64,000 bases of DNA from Escherichia phage GADS24. The notes under the pieces were generated by a model. The model was not told the origin of the DNA. It worked only from the letters and a program-made list of their open reading frames with translations, and searched no databases. The stretch lies in the sequence record OQ703618.1; one strand, 5' to 3'. This document shows positions 18,607-27,850 of the stretch, piece by piece; position 1 is the first letter of the stretch; every line of letters starts with the position of its first letter. Made by a program: the position numbers and the translations under genes.

Positions 18607-19101
18607 TTAATTTAGAATATTAACTACTGCACTACGTGGAACCACACTAAAGTCACCGGCATGAACAACGTTCAGAAGTTCAACCCCATCTTCAATCCAC
18701 TGGTCAGTTACCCAGCCACTTACCGGTCCAGCGAATGGTCGACGAATTGAAACTGCTTTACACAACAAGTCTGTAGGCTCAATAGGCTTAATCAGAGTAC
18801 CGTACATACAAGCGATATCCATATCAAAGTGGAGACCATCTTTAACAGGTGCTTCTTCAATCAACAGTTCAAAGTCAGTGCTTGGAATGGCGGTAGTAGA
18901 AATTGTACCGTGTGAATTTTTAATTTCTAAGAATAACCAAGGGCCTTCAGCTTGTTTGATGAAGTTAACAATAGTGAAACTATTACCTTGAGTGGCACCT
19001 AAAATTTCACAAAACTTTTCATAAGCTCGCACTGAAGCACCGTACCAGTTGATTTGTTTTTCGTCTTTCAGGATGTAAGTAGCCGTAGTATTGATATTCA
19101 T
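18607..19101 (-). CDS. Paralog family member C (164 aa)
   Basis: C-terminal WIEDGVELLNVVHAGDFSVVP motif shared with members A and B; own promoter cassette. Confidence 0.55.
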   Translation of the reverse strand: MNINTTATYILKDEKQINWYGASVRAYEKFCEILGATQGNSFTIVNFIKQAEGPWLFLEIKNSHGTISTTAIPSTDFELLIEEAPVKDGLHFDMDIACMYGTLIKPIEPTDLLCKAVSIRRPFAGPVSGWVTDQWIEDGVELLNVVHAGDFSVVPRSAVVNILN

Positions 19102-19119
19102 AATGTTTTTCCTGTTTGG

Positions 19120-19162
19120 TTAAGATAGAAAGATTATACTCCAACCATCCTTGGTTGTAAAC
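19120..19162 (-). promoter_or_regulatory. Early promoter cassette (CCAAGGATGG spacer family)
   Basis: Minus strand GTTTAC-AACCAAGGATGGTTGGAG-TATAAT-CTTTCTATC. Confidence 0.55.
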
Positions 19163-19167
19163 TGATT

Positions 19168-19845
19168 TTATCGCTGTTTTACACTTAACGGGTCAGGATT
19201 CTCAGGGACATCTTCAAGGCCAAGCGCATAACGCTGAGCATATTTTAACATCAAAATATCTTTAGCACAATCATGAATACTATCATGGGCAACGAATCCT
19301 TTTAGCGTACCCATCGGTAATGGACACATACTTAATCCTCGTGTCAACGAGTAAGCTTCGATTGCCGTACGAATATCGCGTTGAGCCCAGAATTTAACCG
19401 GTTCTAATTTATCGGTATCAATCTCTGGTTCAAGAACACCTTCATCACGATAGAGGTCACGAATCAAATCGACCAATATCGGGAAGTCAAAGCTCATACC
19501 ACGGCACCACATCTGTGATTTCCATTGGTCAACTTTATTAGCTCGGCAATAATCTAAAAAGATTTTAATGCCTTCAAGCGTAGTGACATCGTCTTCAGAC
19601 GGAGCTAGGTTTTTACGTGCTTCTGCTGATTGTTCTTTCCACCATTTCATAGTGGATTTAGCGAAAACTCGCTTCCCTTTCTGAGAAGCTAAATTAAATT
19701 TAATTCGCTTACCTCGTTGAACAAGTTCTTCAAATGATTCAACAACTTCAGGGTCGGAATTATATGCAATAACCGCAAGGTCAATAACAGCCGCTTTTGA
19801 TGTATTGCCGAATGTTTCAAAATCTATAATAACATCAGTGCTCAT
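19168..19845 (-). CDS. dexA: Exonuclease A (DexA), DnaQ-like 3'-5' exonuclease
   Basis: 225 aa (T4 DexA 227 aa); N-terminal IIDFETFG exonuclease motif; adjacent to dda. Confidence 0.8.
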   Translation of the reverse strand: MSTDVIIDFETFGNTSKAAVIDLAVIAYNSDPEVVESFEELVQRGKRIKFNLASQKGKRVFAKSTMKWWKEQSAEARKNLAPSEDDVTTLEGIKIFLDYCRANKVDQWKSQMWCRGMSFDFPILVDLIRDLYRDEGVLEPEIDTDKLEPVKFWAQRDIRTAIEAYSLTRGLSMCPLPMGTLKGFVAHDSIHDCAKDILMLKYAQRYALGLEDVPENPDPLSVKQR

Positions 19846-19854
19846 AATTTTCTC

Positions 19855-21168
19855 TCAAATAAAATGGACGTCAAACCGACCACGAGTTGTGCCAACATAC
19901 AATAACTGTTTAGCTAATTCTGAATCGGCATAATGGATACACGGTGTATAAACAAAGGCCGTGTCAACAGACATACCCTGGGCCTTATGGAAGGTTGATA
20001 CTGGTAGTGCCTTCACCTTAGTGAACATACGTTTAGCATCCCAGAATTCGCTCCATGGAGCTTTACCACCTTTATTCCAAAATTTGTATGTTTCTGCGGT
20101 TTTAGCCAAAAACAAATTGAATTTATAAAGCTCTTCTTCAGAAGAAATAACCTTTATATCTTCGCGGATGTATTCTTCATCATCCCCATATGTTTCTACT
20201 GTAAGATTCCAGTATCGTATCATATATTCGCCTGAAACACCCCGTGCTTTAACAAATGTAGACGTTTCTACAGCATCTCGAATACGAACGAATTGTCCGT
20301 TATTGAAAAGCATTTCAGTCATATTTTTGCCATCTAACTTATATGTCTTGGTAAACGGCTCTTGTAGAACAATGACTTCATCTTTAATAAATGGCTTTTC
20401 TGTTTCGAGAAGTTTTCGGCGAATAATTGAATTTAACTTGTCTACTGACTTATTTGTGAATGCCATCATTCGATTTTCGAAAAGGTCTTCAGGAGTTTTA
20501 ACGACGTTAAAATAATTCATCATATACGATTTAAGGTCTGTATATCCGTGAACACCGTGCCCATCAACTACTTTATCGTAAATCCATTTGCCATTACGAA
20601 TATCAGTCGCAACATCAATAATTGGTGCATTGCTACGTTTAACTTCTGTAAGGTTGCATTGCACGAAGTCTTTGTGTGTGAAGAAAGGACTTAGATACGC
20701 AGTTGATTCGCCTGGGTCTACCGGACGAATTTGGCATCGGTCGCCGATTCCAATTACTGTACACCATTTAGGGATACTAGCTAACATTATTTTAAACAGA
20801 GAACGGTCGCACATTGACGCTTCATCAAATAACAGCACACGGCACAAGGCTAAGTCTGGAACCTTTTTCTGTTCAAATAATACGTTTTCTTCGTATGTAG
20901 TTGGGTTGATTTTAAGAATGCTATGAATAGTCGATGCTTCTTGACCTGCGAGTTTGCTTAGAACCTTTTTAGCAGCATGTGTAGGGGCTGCTAAAATAAT
21001 ACCTGATTCTCCAGAAGAAATAAGGGCTTCAACGATGAATCTAGTAAGGGTTGTTTTACCTGTACCAGCAGGCCCATTAATAGTTACGTGATGTTTCTTT
21101 TCTTTAATAGCGTTCATAACAACGTTGAAGGCGTTTTTCTGGCCTTCAGTCAAATCATCAAATGTCAT
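19855..21168 (-). CDS. dda: Dda DNA helicase (SF1)
   Basis: 437 aa; Walker A GPAGTGKTT, helicase motifs, MTFDDLTEGQKNAFN matches recalled T4 Dda. Confidence 0.9.
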   Translation of the reverse strand: MTFDDLTEGQKNAFNVVMNAIKEKKHHVTINGPAGTGKTTLTRFIVEALISSGESGIILAAPTHAAKKVLSKLAGQEASTIHSILKINPTTYEENVLFEQKKVPDLALCRVLLFDEASMCDRSLFKIMLASIPKWCTVIGIGDRCQIRPVDPGESTAYLSPFFTHKDFVQCNLTEVKRSNAPIIDVATDIRNGKWIYDKVVDGHGVHGYTDLKSYMMNYFNVVKTPEDLFENRMMAFTNKSVDKLNSIIRRKLLETEKPFIKDEVIVLQEPFTKTYKLDGKNMTEMLFNNGQFVRIRDAVETSTFVKARGVSGEYMIRYWNLTVETYGDDEEYIREDIKVISSEEELYKFNLFLAKTAETYKFWNKGGKAPWSEFWDAKRMFTKVKALPVSTFHKAQGMSVDTAFVYTPCIHYADSELAKQLLYVGTTRGRFDVHFI

Positions 21169-21476
21169 CGTAAAGTCCCTGCAATCGGAATACTAACAAT
21201 ACGGCCTGTGTCCAGGATTCGTTGATACAATTTTTGCGTCTCCGCATCTAGTTTAATGTGTTTCATTTCAAGCTTATTAAACCAGAACTTACGCGGAGTT
21301 TCGACCATTCTTAGAACTCCCATTTTTAAATCTGTTTTATACTGTGTTTTCAAAGTATCGAAAACTTTATCTGCAATATCCTTTCTAAAAAATACTGCAG
21401 GACGATGCTCATCAAGTGGAACCGGGACAGTAAATCCTTCCATATCTCGATAAACTATTGCATATACATAAACCAT
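21165..21476 (-). CDS. Hypothetical protein (dda.1 position, 103 aa)
   Basis: ORF with ATGA overlap to dda. Confidence 0.5.
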   Translation of the reverse strand: MVYVYAIVYRDMEGFTVPVPLDEHRPAVFFRKDIADKVFDTLKTQYKTDLKMGVLRMVETPRKFWFNKLEMKHIKLDAETQKLYQRILDTGRIVSIPIAGTLR

Positions 21477-21478
21477 AA

Positions 21479-22225
21479 TTAACCTTTAATCAGTTGGAAT
21501 AATGATGCGCTAAGTGGTAGGCCACGTTTCAATTTTAATTTACCAATGAAACCGATCTTTTCAAAACGTTGCAGACCTTGGATAACTTTATCATATGTAT
21601 CGAAAAGCGATTCAGCGTCAGTTAATTTAGTTTTAGTTTTCCAGTCAGAGCCTTTAAGAAGAACATTGAGTTTAGTAAGTTCATGGCCTTCTGCTTGATG
21701 TGAGCCATTAATGCGTGCTTTCAAAGCAACAATTCTAAGTTTAGATTCGTTAGATAAAGGTTGATTTTTCATCATGTTCGCCATATGCTTAACACGATTT
21801 TCACGTTTTGCTCGGATTTTTAAAATAGTACCATAAACCTTTTTAATTTGGGCCCATTTCTTCTCGTCGAGATTAAGTTTCTCTACTTTACGGGCAGAAG
21901 GATTAGCAATACGTCTTGCAACAGCGTCACGTTTCTCAATAAGTTCTTCTAATGTTAAATCAGAACGAGCCGTGTTATATTTTTTCTTAACTGGGATAAC
22001 ATTACCTTTAATGTAGCCTATATCATTATTAAAACGTTCTAAGGATAATTTCTCACCTTCAACAGAGTTATTGAAAGATTCACCTGAGTAAGCGCAGACC
22101 TTTTGATCAAGAATGTTTTTAAGGTAATTAAAGTCTAAGTTAAAATCCTTAGAGCGTCTCTTCGCAGAAGCTCTAGTGTGGTCAAGACGACGATTGATTT
22201 TGTTAATTTTATTATTTGATAACAT
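21479..22225 (-). CDS. srd: Srd-like protein (putative sigma-factor mimic), 248 aa
   Basis: Size and position between dda and modA as in T4; basic, helical composition. Confidence 0.6.
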   Translation of the reverse strand: MLSNNKINKINRRLDHTRASAKRRSKDFNLDFNYLKNILDQKVCAYSGESFNNSVEGEKLSLERFNNDIGYIKGNVIPVKKKYNTARSDLTLEELIEKRDAVARRIANPSARKVEKLNLDEKKWAQIKKVYGTILKIRAKRENRVKHMANMMKNQPLSNESKLRIVALKARINGSHQAEGHELTKLNVLLKGSDWKTKTKLTDAESLFDTYDKVIQGLQRFEKIGFIGKLKLKRGLPLSASLFQLIKG

Positions 22226-22263
22226 AATATTTTCCTCTGTCTTACGGACGTTAGGTCATTTAG

Positions 22264-22302
22264 CTGATAGGTCTATAATATCACGCCCTCAGGTAGTGTA
22301 CA
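22264..22302 (-). promoter_or_regulatory. Early promoter cassette for srd
   Basis: Minus strand GTGTAC-17 nt-TATTAT-AGACCTATCAGC. Confidence 0.5.
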
Positions 22303-22377
22303 CTCTTTTTTCGTAAAATGCTTTAATTTTTTATGTGTTATAATGGTTCTGAGTTCCATCCGGTTATTCCAATCCAG

Positions 22378-22986
22378 TCAGTAACTGACAATAGACAGAT
22401 TCCAGATTGTATAACGTCCATCTTGAATAATAGAATCTACACGCAGTGTAGTCCCTATAGGGAGCATAAATTCACATTCGTCAGATATAAGTCTAGCATT
22501 AGACCGTCTTGTCGCTTCAGGGAAAGCTCCATTGAACTCGCAAGATGGTGCAGCCAGAATCATATTAAGCATATGTTCACGGAAGTTGAAAGCAAATGGT
22601 GCATCTTTGATGCAGAACATATTAAATGTTCCATAAAAATTATATGAAGCGAAGTTACGTGCTACACCAAACACCGGACTAAAGCTCATTACTCTATCAA
22701 ATTTAATAATACTACCAACGCCTTTATCGTCGAGTGTGGCCATAGTTTTCTTAGAGATTCCACGATACATTGTCTCAGGAACTGAAGAAGACCAATTTCT
22801 ACGAACGATTGAACTTAACTCCTGTTGAATACAGTCTGGCTTGTTTTCCATACACTGCCAAAGGATGCTTTGTTCATTATCGTTGAATTGACTATCAATT
22901 TCGTACTGCAATACATCTTGATATTCGGGGTTTTGAGCACGACGAACCATTTCTTCAATTTCACACTCGTTATACGGCATAAACAT
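22378..22986 (-). CDS. modA: ADP-ribosyltransferase ModA
   Basis: 202 aa; paralogous to the next ORF (shared QNILW, VPxxLYRG blocks); T4 order srd-modA-modB. Confidence 0.75.
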   Translation of the reverse strand: MFMPYNECEIEEMVRRAQNPEYQDVLQYEIDSQFNDNEQSILWQCMENKPDCIQQELSSIVRRNWSSSVPETMYRGISKKTMATLDDKGVGSIIKFDRVMSFSPVFGVARNFASYNFYGTFNMFCIKDAPFAFNFREHMLNMILAAPSCEFNGAFPEATRRSNARLISDECEFMLPIGTTLRVDSIIQDGRYTIWNLSIVSY

Positions 22987-23002
22987 TTTGGTTTCTCCTC
23001 TG

Positions 23003-23045
23003 GTTGATAGGACTATAGTATCATCGTCCTTGTTGTTTGTACACT
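23003..23045 (-). promoter_or_regulatory. Early promoter cassette for modA
   Basis: Minus strand GTGTAC..GGACGATG-ATACTA-TAGTCCTATCAACC. Confidence 0.5.
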
Positions 23046-23625
23046 AAAAATTCAACATTTTTAAATGAATGATTTTGTATAACCGAGATAAAGGGTCATA
23101 TTCTAAGTCTTCAATTTCCACAATCTCAAATCTAGAGATACCTGAGACCATGTACTCTTGTTCAGATTCAATCATATCTAGGACGTCAACACGTGTTTCT
23201 TCCATAACATGCTTAGGGTTCTTTCCGGCAAGTACAATGTTAACCATGTTTTGGTAGTAATCAAAAACGAATGGAGCATTCCTGAGACTAAGAATAGTGT
23301 ACGTCTGGTATTCCCAACTCCCGGAGAATTGACGAGCTGTACTGAAATCAGTTGTGAACGATGTTACTCGTCCAGGAGACCAATGGCATCCAACAGAAAG
23401 AAGTGAAAGACGTTCTACTTCTTCTGGAGTTACACCACGGTAGAGTTCTACTGGTACTGTAGAAGTCATATGCTTACGAACAAGATGGTCTAATTCATAG
23501 TGGAAATCCGGGTCTTCCTTAGAATCGGTGCAAGCCCAGAGAATGTTTTGTTCTTGGCGGGTGAATTTGCTATCAATCAGATTTGTTAGGTATTCACGTT
23601 CTTGAAGTTCAGATTGACATGTCAT
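23044..23625 (-). CDS. modB: ADP-ribosyltransferase ModB
   Basis: 193 aa; paralog of modA, same motif blocks. Confidence 0.75.
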   Translation of the reverse strand: MTCQSELQEREYLTNLIDSKFTRQEQNILWACTDSKEDPDFHYELDHLVRKHMTSTVPVELYRGVTPEEVERLSLLSVGCHWSPGRVTSFTTDFSTARQFSGSWEYQTYTILSLRNAPFVFDYYQNMVNIVLAGKNPKHVMEETRVDVLDMIESEQEYMVSGISRFEIVEIEDLEYDPLSRLYKIIHLKMLNF

Positions 23626-23647
23626 GATAGACCTCCATTTAAAGATA

Positions 23648-23690
23648 AGCCTATCATAACACGAGAGGAGGGAATGTAAACTACTTTTTA
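23648..23690 (-). promoter_or_regulatory. Early promoter for modB
   Basis: Minus strand GTTTAC-17 nt-TATGAT-AGGCTTATC. Confidence 0.45.
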
Positions 23691-23841
23691 AGCTTTCCTA
23701 CTAAAGGACCATCAGGGCCAGGTTGTTCTAACATGAATAAGGACGCTTTAAAAAGCAATGTCAACCCTTTCACCATTCGATACCATGTCTCAAAGTCTTT
23801 TTCCTTGATTTCTAGTAAGAATTTCTCTTTAAATTTCTCTT

Positions 23842-24033
23842 TCATTTCCATGGACTCCATGGTGGAGGGTCGTCATAATAAGAGGCAAGGTCTTTCAGGG
23901 CTTCAACAGGTAAACTAAAGCCGTGTCGTTGTATAATACTATCTAGTTCATCAACAAGTTCACTACGATGCACTTTAGGAGCCTCAACTTCAGGCTCGTC
24001 AAACATACTCATCAAGTCCATATTATTCACCAA
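23842..24033 (-). CDS. Hypothetical acidic protein (63 aa)
   Basis: Minus-strand ORF with ATGA overlap to upstream ORF. Confidence 0.4.
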   Translation of the reverse strand: MVNNMDLMSMFDEPEVEAPKVHRSELVDELDSIIQRHGFSLPVEALKDLASYYDDPPPWSPWK

Positions 24034-24487
24034 GATAAAAACTAGCAGGTTCAGAGAATGTTTCTAGTGCTACGCCTTTTGTCTTAAAAAATTTCCAAAT
24101 AGCTCGTTGCAAATGGGTTAAATCTGCTAATGATGTAATAAAGTATTTTTTGGCAAAATACTTATGGTCTCGCTTTTCAAATAAGTCTAAACGCTTTTCA
24201 GGATTCACATAAACTGCATTTTCCGTAGATTCATAACCTAAGTCCTTTATGCCTTCTTCAAGACTAAACGGAGAATTTTTAGAATGAGTAATAGCTCCAA
24301 CTCGCTCTACACGAATTTTGTAACCTTTAGGAATCTGCAATTTGCAGAATTCTTCTACGATATATTGCGGATTATTTAGACTTTTGTTAATGAGAATAGC
24401 TATTTCTAGTGGAGTCTTATCTTCTACTGGTATATGTTTAAACGACTTGGCTTCAAGCAAATACATTTTAAATAACATAGCATCCAT
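24023..24487 (-). CDS. Hypothetical protein (154 aa)
   Basis: Minus-strand ORF in the modB-soc hyperplastic region. Confidence 0.5.
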   Translation of the reverse strand: MDAMLFKMYLLEAKSFKHIPVEDKTPLEIAILINKSLNNPQYIVEEFCKLQIPKGYKIRVERVGAITHSKNSPFSLEEGIKDLGYESTENAVYVNPEKRLDLFEKRDHKYFAKKYFITSLADLTHLQRAIWKFFKTKGVALETFSEPASFYLGE

Positions 24488-24693
24488 TATAATTTCCTCG
24501 ATGGTTCACCCATATAAAGTTTTACAATACGTTCGCCTTCATCTTCGACGAGCTTCTCTTCGTGTTTCTGGAATTCTTTAGCCATATTCTCTTCAAGAAC
24601 ATCCAGCCAATCTTCTGGACCGACACCATCGTCCCAGCTTTTAAACCATTTAACTATCTTGTTCATTCGCAGCTCCCTGAGCTTGAACCACAA
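24487..24693 (-). CDS. Hypothetical protein (68 aa)
   Basis: Minus-strand ORF with overlapping stop/start. Confidence 0.45.
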   Translation of the reverse strand: MWFKLRELRMNKIVKWFKSWDDGVGPEDWLDVLEENMAKEFQKHEEKLVEDEGERIVKLYMGEPSRKL

Positions 24694-24911
24694 TCAGAAT
24701 AACTTGACCCGGAATCACCAGGCCAAGACGATACGTATGAATGATTATAACTTGAAGAGCTTGAAGCGTTAACCTGTTTTGTTTTTGGACGAATAACTTC
24801 TTCCATCATGCCGTCACCAATGTATTCCCAACTTTTTTCGTGTGTATCAGGAATAGGCATCATACCTTCGCCTGGTTTAACAGCAAACAACTTCTTCAGC
24901 ATCGTAAGCAT
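24663..24911 (-). CDS. Hypothetical Ser-rich protein (about 82 aa from internal ATG)
   Basis: Trimmed to MLTMLKK with SD GAGGAA. Confidence 0.4.
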   Translation of the reverse strand: MLTMLKKLFAVKPGEGMMPIPDTHEKSWEYIGDGMMEEVIRPKTKQVNASSSSSYNHSYVSSWPGDSGSSYSDCGSSSGSCE

Positions 24912-25104
24912 TAATTGTTCCTCGAACAAAACGAACACCACCATCGTCCCAACGAATTTCGGAATTAAATTTGACGTCTTCACCATCCATCATGAATGAG
25001 TGTACGACTACATCATCATAATATCCAAGACCATATTTCAACGAAACTTCTTGAGCAATCAAAGCACCTAATGTGTTATTAGGTTTAATCCAACGATTTA
25101 ACAT
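24877..25104 (-). CDS. Hypothetical protein (about 75 aa)
   Basis: Trimmed to MLNRWIKP with strong SD AAGAGGAGAA; promoter-like GTTTAC element upstream. Confidence 0.45.
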   Translation of the reverse strand: MLNRWIKPNNTLGALIAQEVSLKYGLGYYDDVVVHSFMMDGEDVKFNSEIRWDDGGVRFVRGTINAYDAEEVVCC

Positions 25105-25167
25105 ATTGTTCTCCTCTTGAGTAAGTAGGAATATCTTAACACAGTTTTTAGTGGTTGTAAACTGTAG

Positions 25168-25200
25168 AAACAAAAAAAAAGGAATCCCGAAGGATTCCTT
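25168..25200 (-). terminator. Rho-independent terminator downstream of soc
   Basis: AAGGAAUCC-UUCG-GGAUUCCUU followed by TTTTTTTTTG. Confidence 0.6.
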
Positions 25201-25207
25201 AAATTAT

Positions 25208-25444
25208 TTAACCACTTACTGGTGTAGGGGTAAACATTGCAGCGTTCTTAGTTTTCCAAGTTGCTGCATCAGAAACTACAGTAGAATATGCTGCCTTTTC
25301 TGACGGAAAGATTTGATAATGAGAATCCGCAATCCGATGTTCGTTTGAATAAATCTCAAACGGTACAGAAACTTCCATACCTTTAACTTCTTTACCTTCA
25401 CCAGCAGGATGCGTAAAGGTTTTGATGTTTACATAACCACCCAT
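25208..25444 (-). CDS. soc: Small outer capsid protein Soc
   Basis: 78 aa; GYVNIKTF..HYQIFPSEKAAYSTV matches recalled T4 Soc; TATAAATA late promoter upstream, terminator downstream. Confidence 0.85.
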   Translation of the reverse strand: MGGYVNIKTFTHPAGEGKEVKGMEVSVPFEIYSNEHRIADSHYQIFPSEKAAYSTVVSDAATWKTKNAAMFTPTPVSG

Positions 25445-25475
25445 AATTAACTCCTTTGTTGTTTAATTACAGGTG

Positions 25476-25483
25476 TATTTATA
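25476..25483 (-). promoter_or_regulatory. T4-type late promoter (TATAAATA) for soc
   Basis: Reverse complement of TATTTATA about 32 nt upstream of the soc start. Confidence 0.55.
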
Positions 25484-25489
25484 ACTTAA

Positions 25490-26011
25490 TCAGTAACCAT
25501 TATCCTGGCGTTCAAAGTTGTGTTGGTTTTTCAAGTAGTAAAGTTTAAAGATTTCTTCAGCGGAAAGACCCAGACCTTGGAACATATTCAGAACAAAGTG
25601 GAGAATATCAATCATCTCAAATTTAATTTCAAGCTGGTCTTCAGGAGACAGTTCATCGATACGACGATTTCGATATTCAGCATGTTGTGCTTTCCATGGC
25701 TTCCATACAGAGCTAGCGGCTTTTTCACCATTGCTCATACCACCGAGTGAAGTCAGCAGTTCACGGAATTCATCATCAATATAATCTTTCTGATTACGCA
25801 GCCAATCAACAACATCACCGGCAGTGGCCAATTCATCAGGATGTTTGTTATGTTCAGGCTTGTCATTTGCCAGACGAACCTGTAAAGATTTCTGCATATC
25901 AAGCATTACCTGAAGTGGGTCTTTATCTTCGTGAATCAGAGCATTAAAATAAGCTTCTTCTGCTTTATCAACACCAGAAATAAGTTGTGAACATTCATTA
26001 AAGTGCGCCAT
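25490..26011 (-). CDS. 56: dCTPase/dUTPase gp56 (MazG-like dCTP pyrophosphatase)
   Basis: About 173 aa from ATG at 26011 (track start is TTG); position between soc and 61; SD AAAGGAAA. Confidence 0.8.
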   Translation of the reverse strand: MAHFNECSQLISGVDKAEEAYFNALIHEDKDPLQVMLDMQKSLQVRLANDKPEHNKHPDELATAGDVVDWLRNQKDYIDDEFRELLTSLGGMSNGEKAASSVWKPWKAQHAEYRNRRIDELSPEDQLEIKFEMIDILHFVLNMFQGLGLSAEEIFKLYYLKNQHNFERQDNGY

Positions 26012-26099
26012 TATTTTTCCTTTCAATTCAGTATAAGAGAGTTAATTCTAACATTAATTTTATAAAGCGTAATAAATAATAGGTAACTAAGGAGATATT

Positions 26100-26297
26100 A
26101 TGTTTAAACTTCCGTCGTTAATCAACGCTATTAAAGGCAATAAAAAGAAAACTGCTATCGCTGCAATAGTTGTAGGTGGCATTATTTCATGGAACTTCGG
26201 GATTGCACCATTGTTAGTTGCTAATGGTATTATAGTTCCTTCTGTTCCATTGGATACTGTAGTTGATTTGGCCTTTGCTATTATAGGGCTTATTTAA
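26100..26297 (+). CDS. Small membrane protein (65 aa), only plus-strand ORF inside the early block
   Basis: Strong SD AAGGAGATATT-ATG; hydrophobic core AIAAIVVGGIISWNFGIAPLLVANGIIVP; fits exactly between gp56 start and gp61 stop. Confidence 0.45.
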   Translation: MFKLPSLINAIKGNKKKTAIAAIVVGGIISWNFGIAPLLVANGIIVPSVPLDTVVDLAFAIIGLI

Positions 26298-27316
26298 ATC
26301 TTTGAATAACGAGATAATCTCATTTTAGCATGCAACCCACTTGAAATATTCTGTTTCATATATTCTAAAATTTCTTGTGGTGTTGCATTTTCTTTCATTA
26401 CCATATCATTCACGTCCTTTGATCTCCACGGAGCTCGGTCCCAGAACATGACACGTTCGCCTGCATCAACTAATCGCTTCATGCGAGCTATAGTGTCCGG
26501 ATGCCTAGGTTCATTATCCATTACCCATACCCGACGTTCTTTAAATGGTACCACATCTAAATCTATTGAGCCGCCTGTAATAGCGATTGCATTGGGTATG
26601 AATAAACTATCAATAGGGCCTTCCATTACCCAGACGTCTCCTTCCTTAACACGTTCAACACCATAAATTTTTGTTGCAGACTCAAACGCTTTAATAGTGA
26701 TATATTTCTGAGGAGCATCTTTACGAAGTGCACGTCCTTGGAATGACTCAGCCTTCCCATCTTTATTAAAAATAGGAATCACTAAACGTGGCTCGGGAAT
26801 CTCTTTCTTATACGTACCAGGTTGAATCTTGTTGACCAATTTAGGCCATTCTAATGTGAACCATAATCTGTTCCATGATTCTTTAGGAATACACCGAGAC
26901 TTAACATATTTCACAATAGGATGCTCTTCAGGCAGCTTGTCCAGACGAGAACAAGACGGCAAAGAATTTATAGTCTTTTTCTCCGGTTCTGGTTTATGTT
27001 CAGGAACCTTTTCAATCTTTGGTTCCATTCTAGCTTTTTCTTTACGAACTTCCATTAGATATTCGCGATAAAGCTCTTCATCATACTCTTTTAAGTATCC
27101 GGAAATTGTATTATGGTATTGACAATTATAGCAATGTACATTACCAGGAGTACCGCCATAATACCATCCGCGAGCTTTCATTGCATCTGTCTGGGAGTCG
27201 CCACAAACTGGACATCGAAATGTTAATTTAAATGTGCTTGAATTATTGATTTGTCTAAAACGAGGTAGGTGAGAAAACGCACGATAAGCAAATTCATTAT
27301 CTATCCATTCAGCCAT
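26294..27316 (-). CDS. 61: DNA primase gp61
   Basis: 340 aa; zinc-ribbon CPVCGDS..CYNCQYH and primase core; T4 order 56-61. Confidence 0.9.
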   Translation of the reverse strand: MAEWIDNEFAYRAFSHLPRFRQINNSSTFKLTFRCPVCGDSQTDAMKARGWYYGGTPGNVHCYNCQYHNTISGYLKEYDEELYREYLMEVRKEKARMEPKIEKVPEHKPEPEKKTINSLPSCSRLDKLPEEHPIVKYVKSRCIPKESWNRLWFTLEWPKLVNKIQPGTYKKEIPEPRLVIPIFNKDGKAESFQGRALRKDAPQKYITIKAFESATKIYGVERVKEGDVWVMEGPIDSLFIPNAIAITGGSIDLDVVPFKERRVWVMDNEPRHPDTIARMKRLVDAGERVMFWDRAPWRSKDVNDMVMKENATPQEILEYMKQNISSGLHAKMRLSRYSKI

Positions 27317-27355
27317 AGTATTCTCCAGAGGCCTTAAATTAATAAGGCCATCATA

Positions 27356-27850
27356 TCACAACTTATTAATATTTACTTTAATTCGCTTTCTTTTCTTGGA
27401 AGGAATTTGTTCTGGACCTTTATTTACGACTGCACCTGTAGTTGTTCCTGATGCAATAGCTTGAGGACTACCGCCTGAATCACCAGCAACCATATCCTCA
27501 AATAAAGGGAGTTCTTTAAATATTTCTTTCTGTTGTTCTTCCGTAATGTTATAGCGTGAAGCTACAGCACTCCAGGCAGACATCATTGAGGCCATTCCAT
27601 TAAGACCTGGAACAGTGCTCATCATTCGCTTCATTGAACGAACTGAAGCATGAAAAGGTGTATACGCCGCTTTCTCTTCGGGAGTAGAAGGACGTTTAAG
27701 AACACTTCCACGTTCATCGATGATTTTGGCTTCGTATGCTTTCCATTCGGTAAAAGGTTTTTGCATTAGTCGAATAAACTTATATGCGTAAACAGAATCT
27801 ATTGCAGTGTTAATAATACCCATAGGTACCTCCTGAGTATATTTAATCAA
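27356..27850 (-). CDS. Hypothetical protein (61.1 position, 164 aa)
   Basis: Minus-strand ORF downstream of primase. Confidence 0.55.
   Translation of the reverse strand: MIKYTQEVPMGIINTAIDSVYAYKFIRLMQKPFTEWKAYEAKIIDERGSVLKRPSTPEEKAAYTPFHASVRSMKRMMSTVPGLNGMASMMSAWSAVASRYNITEEQQKEIFKELPLFEDMVAGDSGGSPQAIASGTTTGAVVNKGPEQIPSKKRKRIKVNINKL

Noticed and set aside
26060-26085. TATAAAGC/TAATAAATA upstream of the plus-strand ORF as a late promoter
   Set aside because: Does not match the strict TATAAATA late consensus
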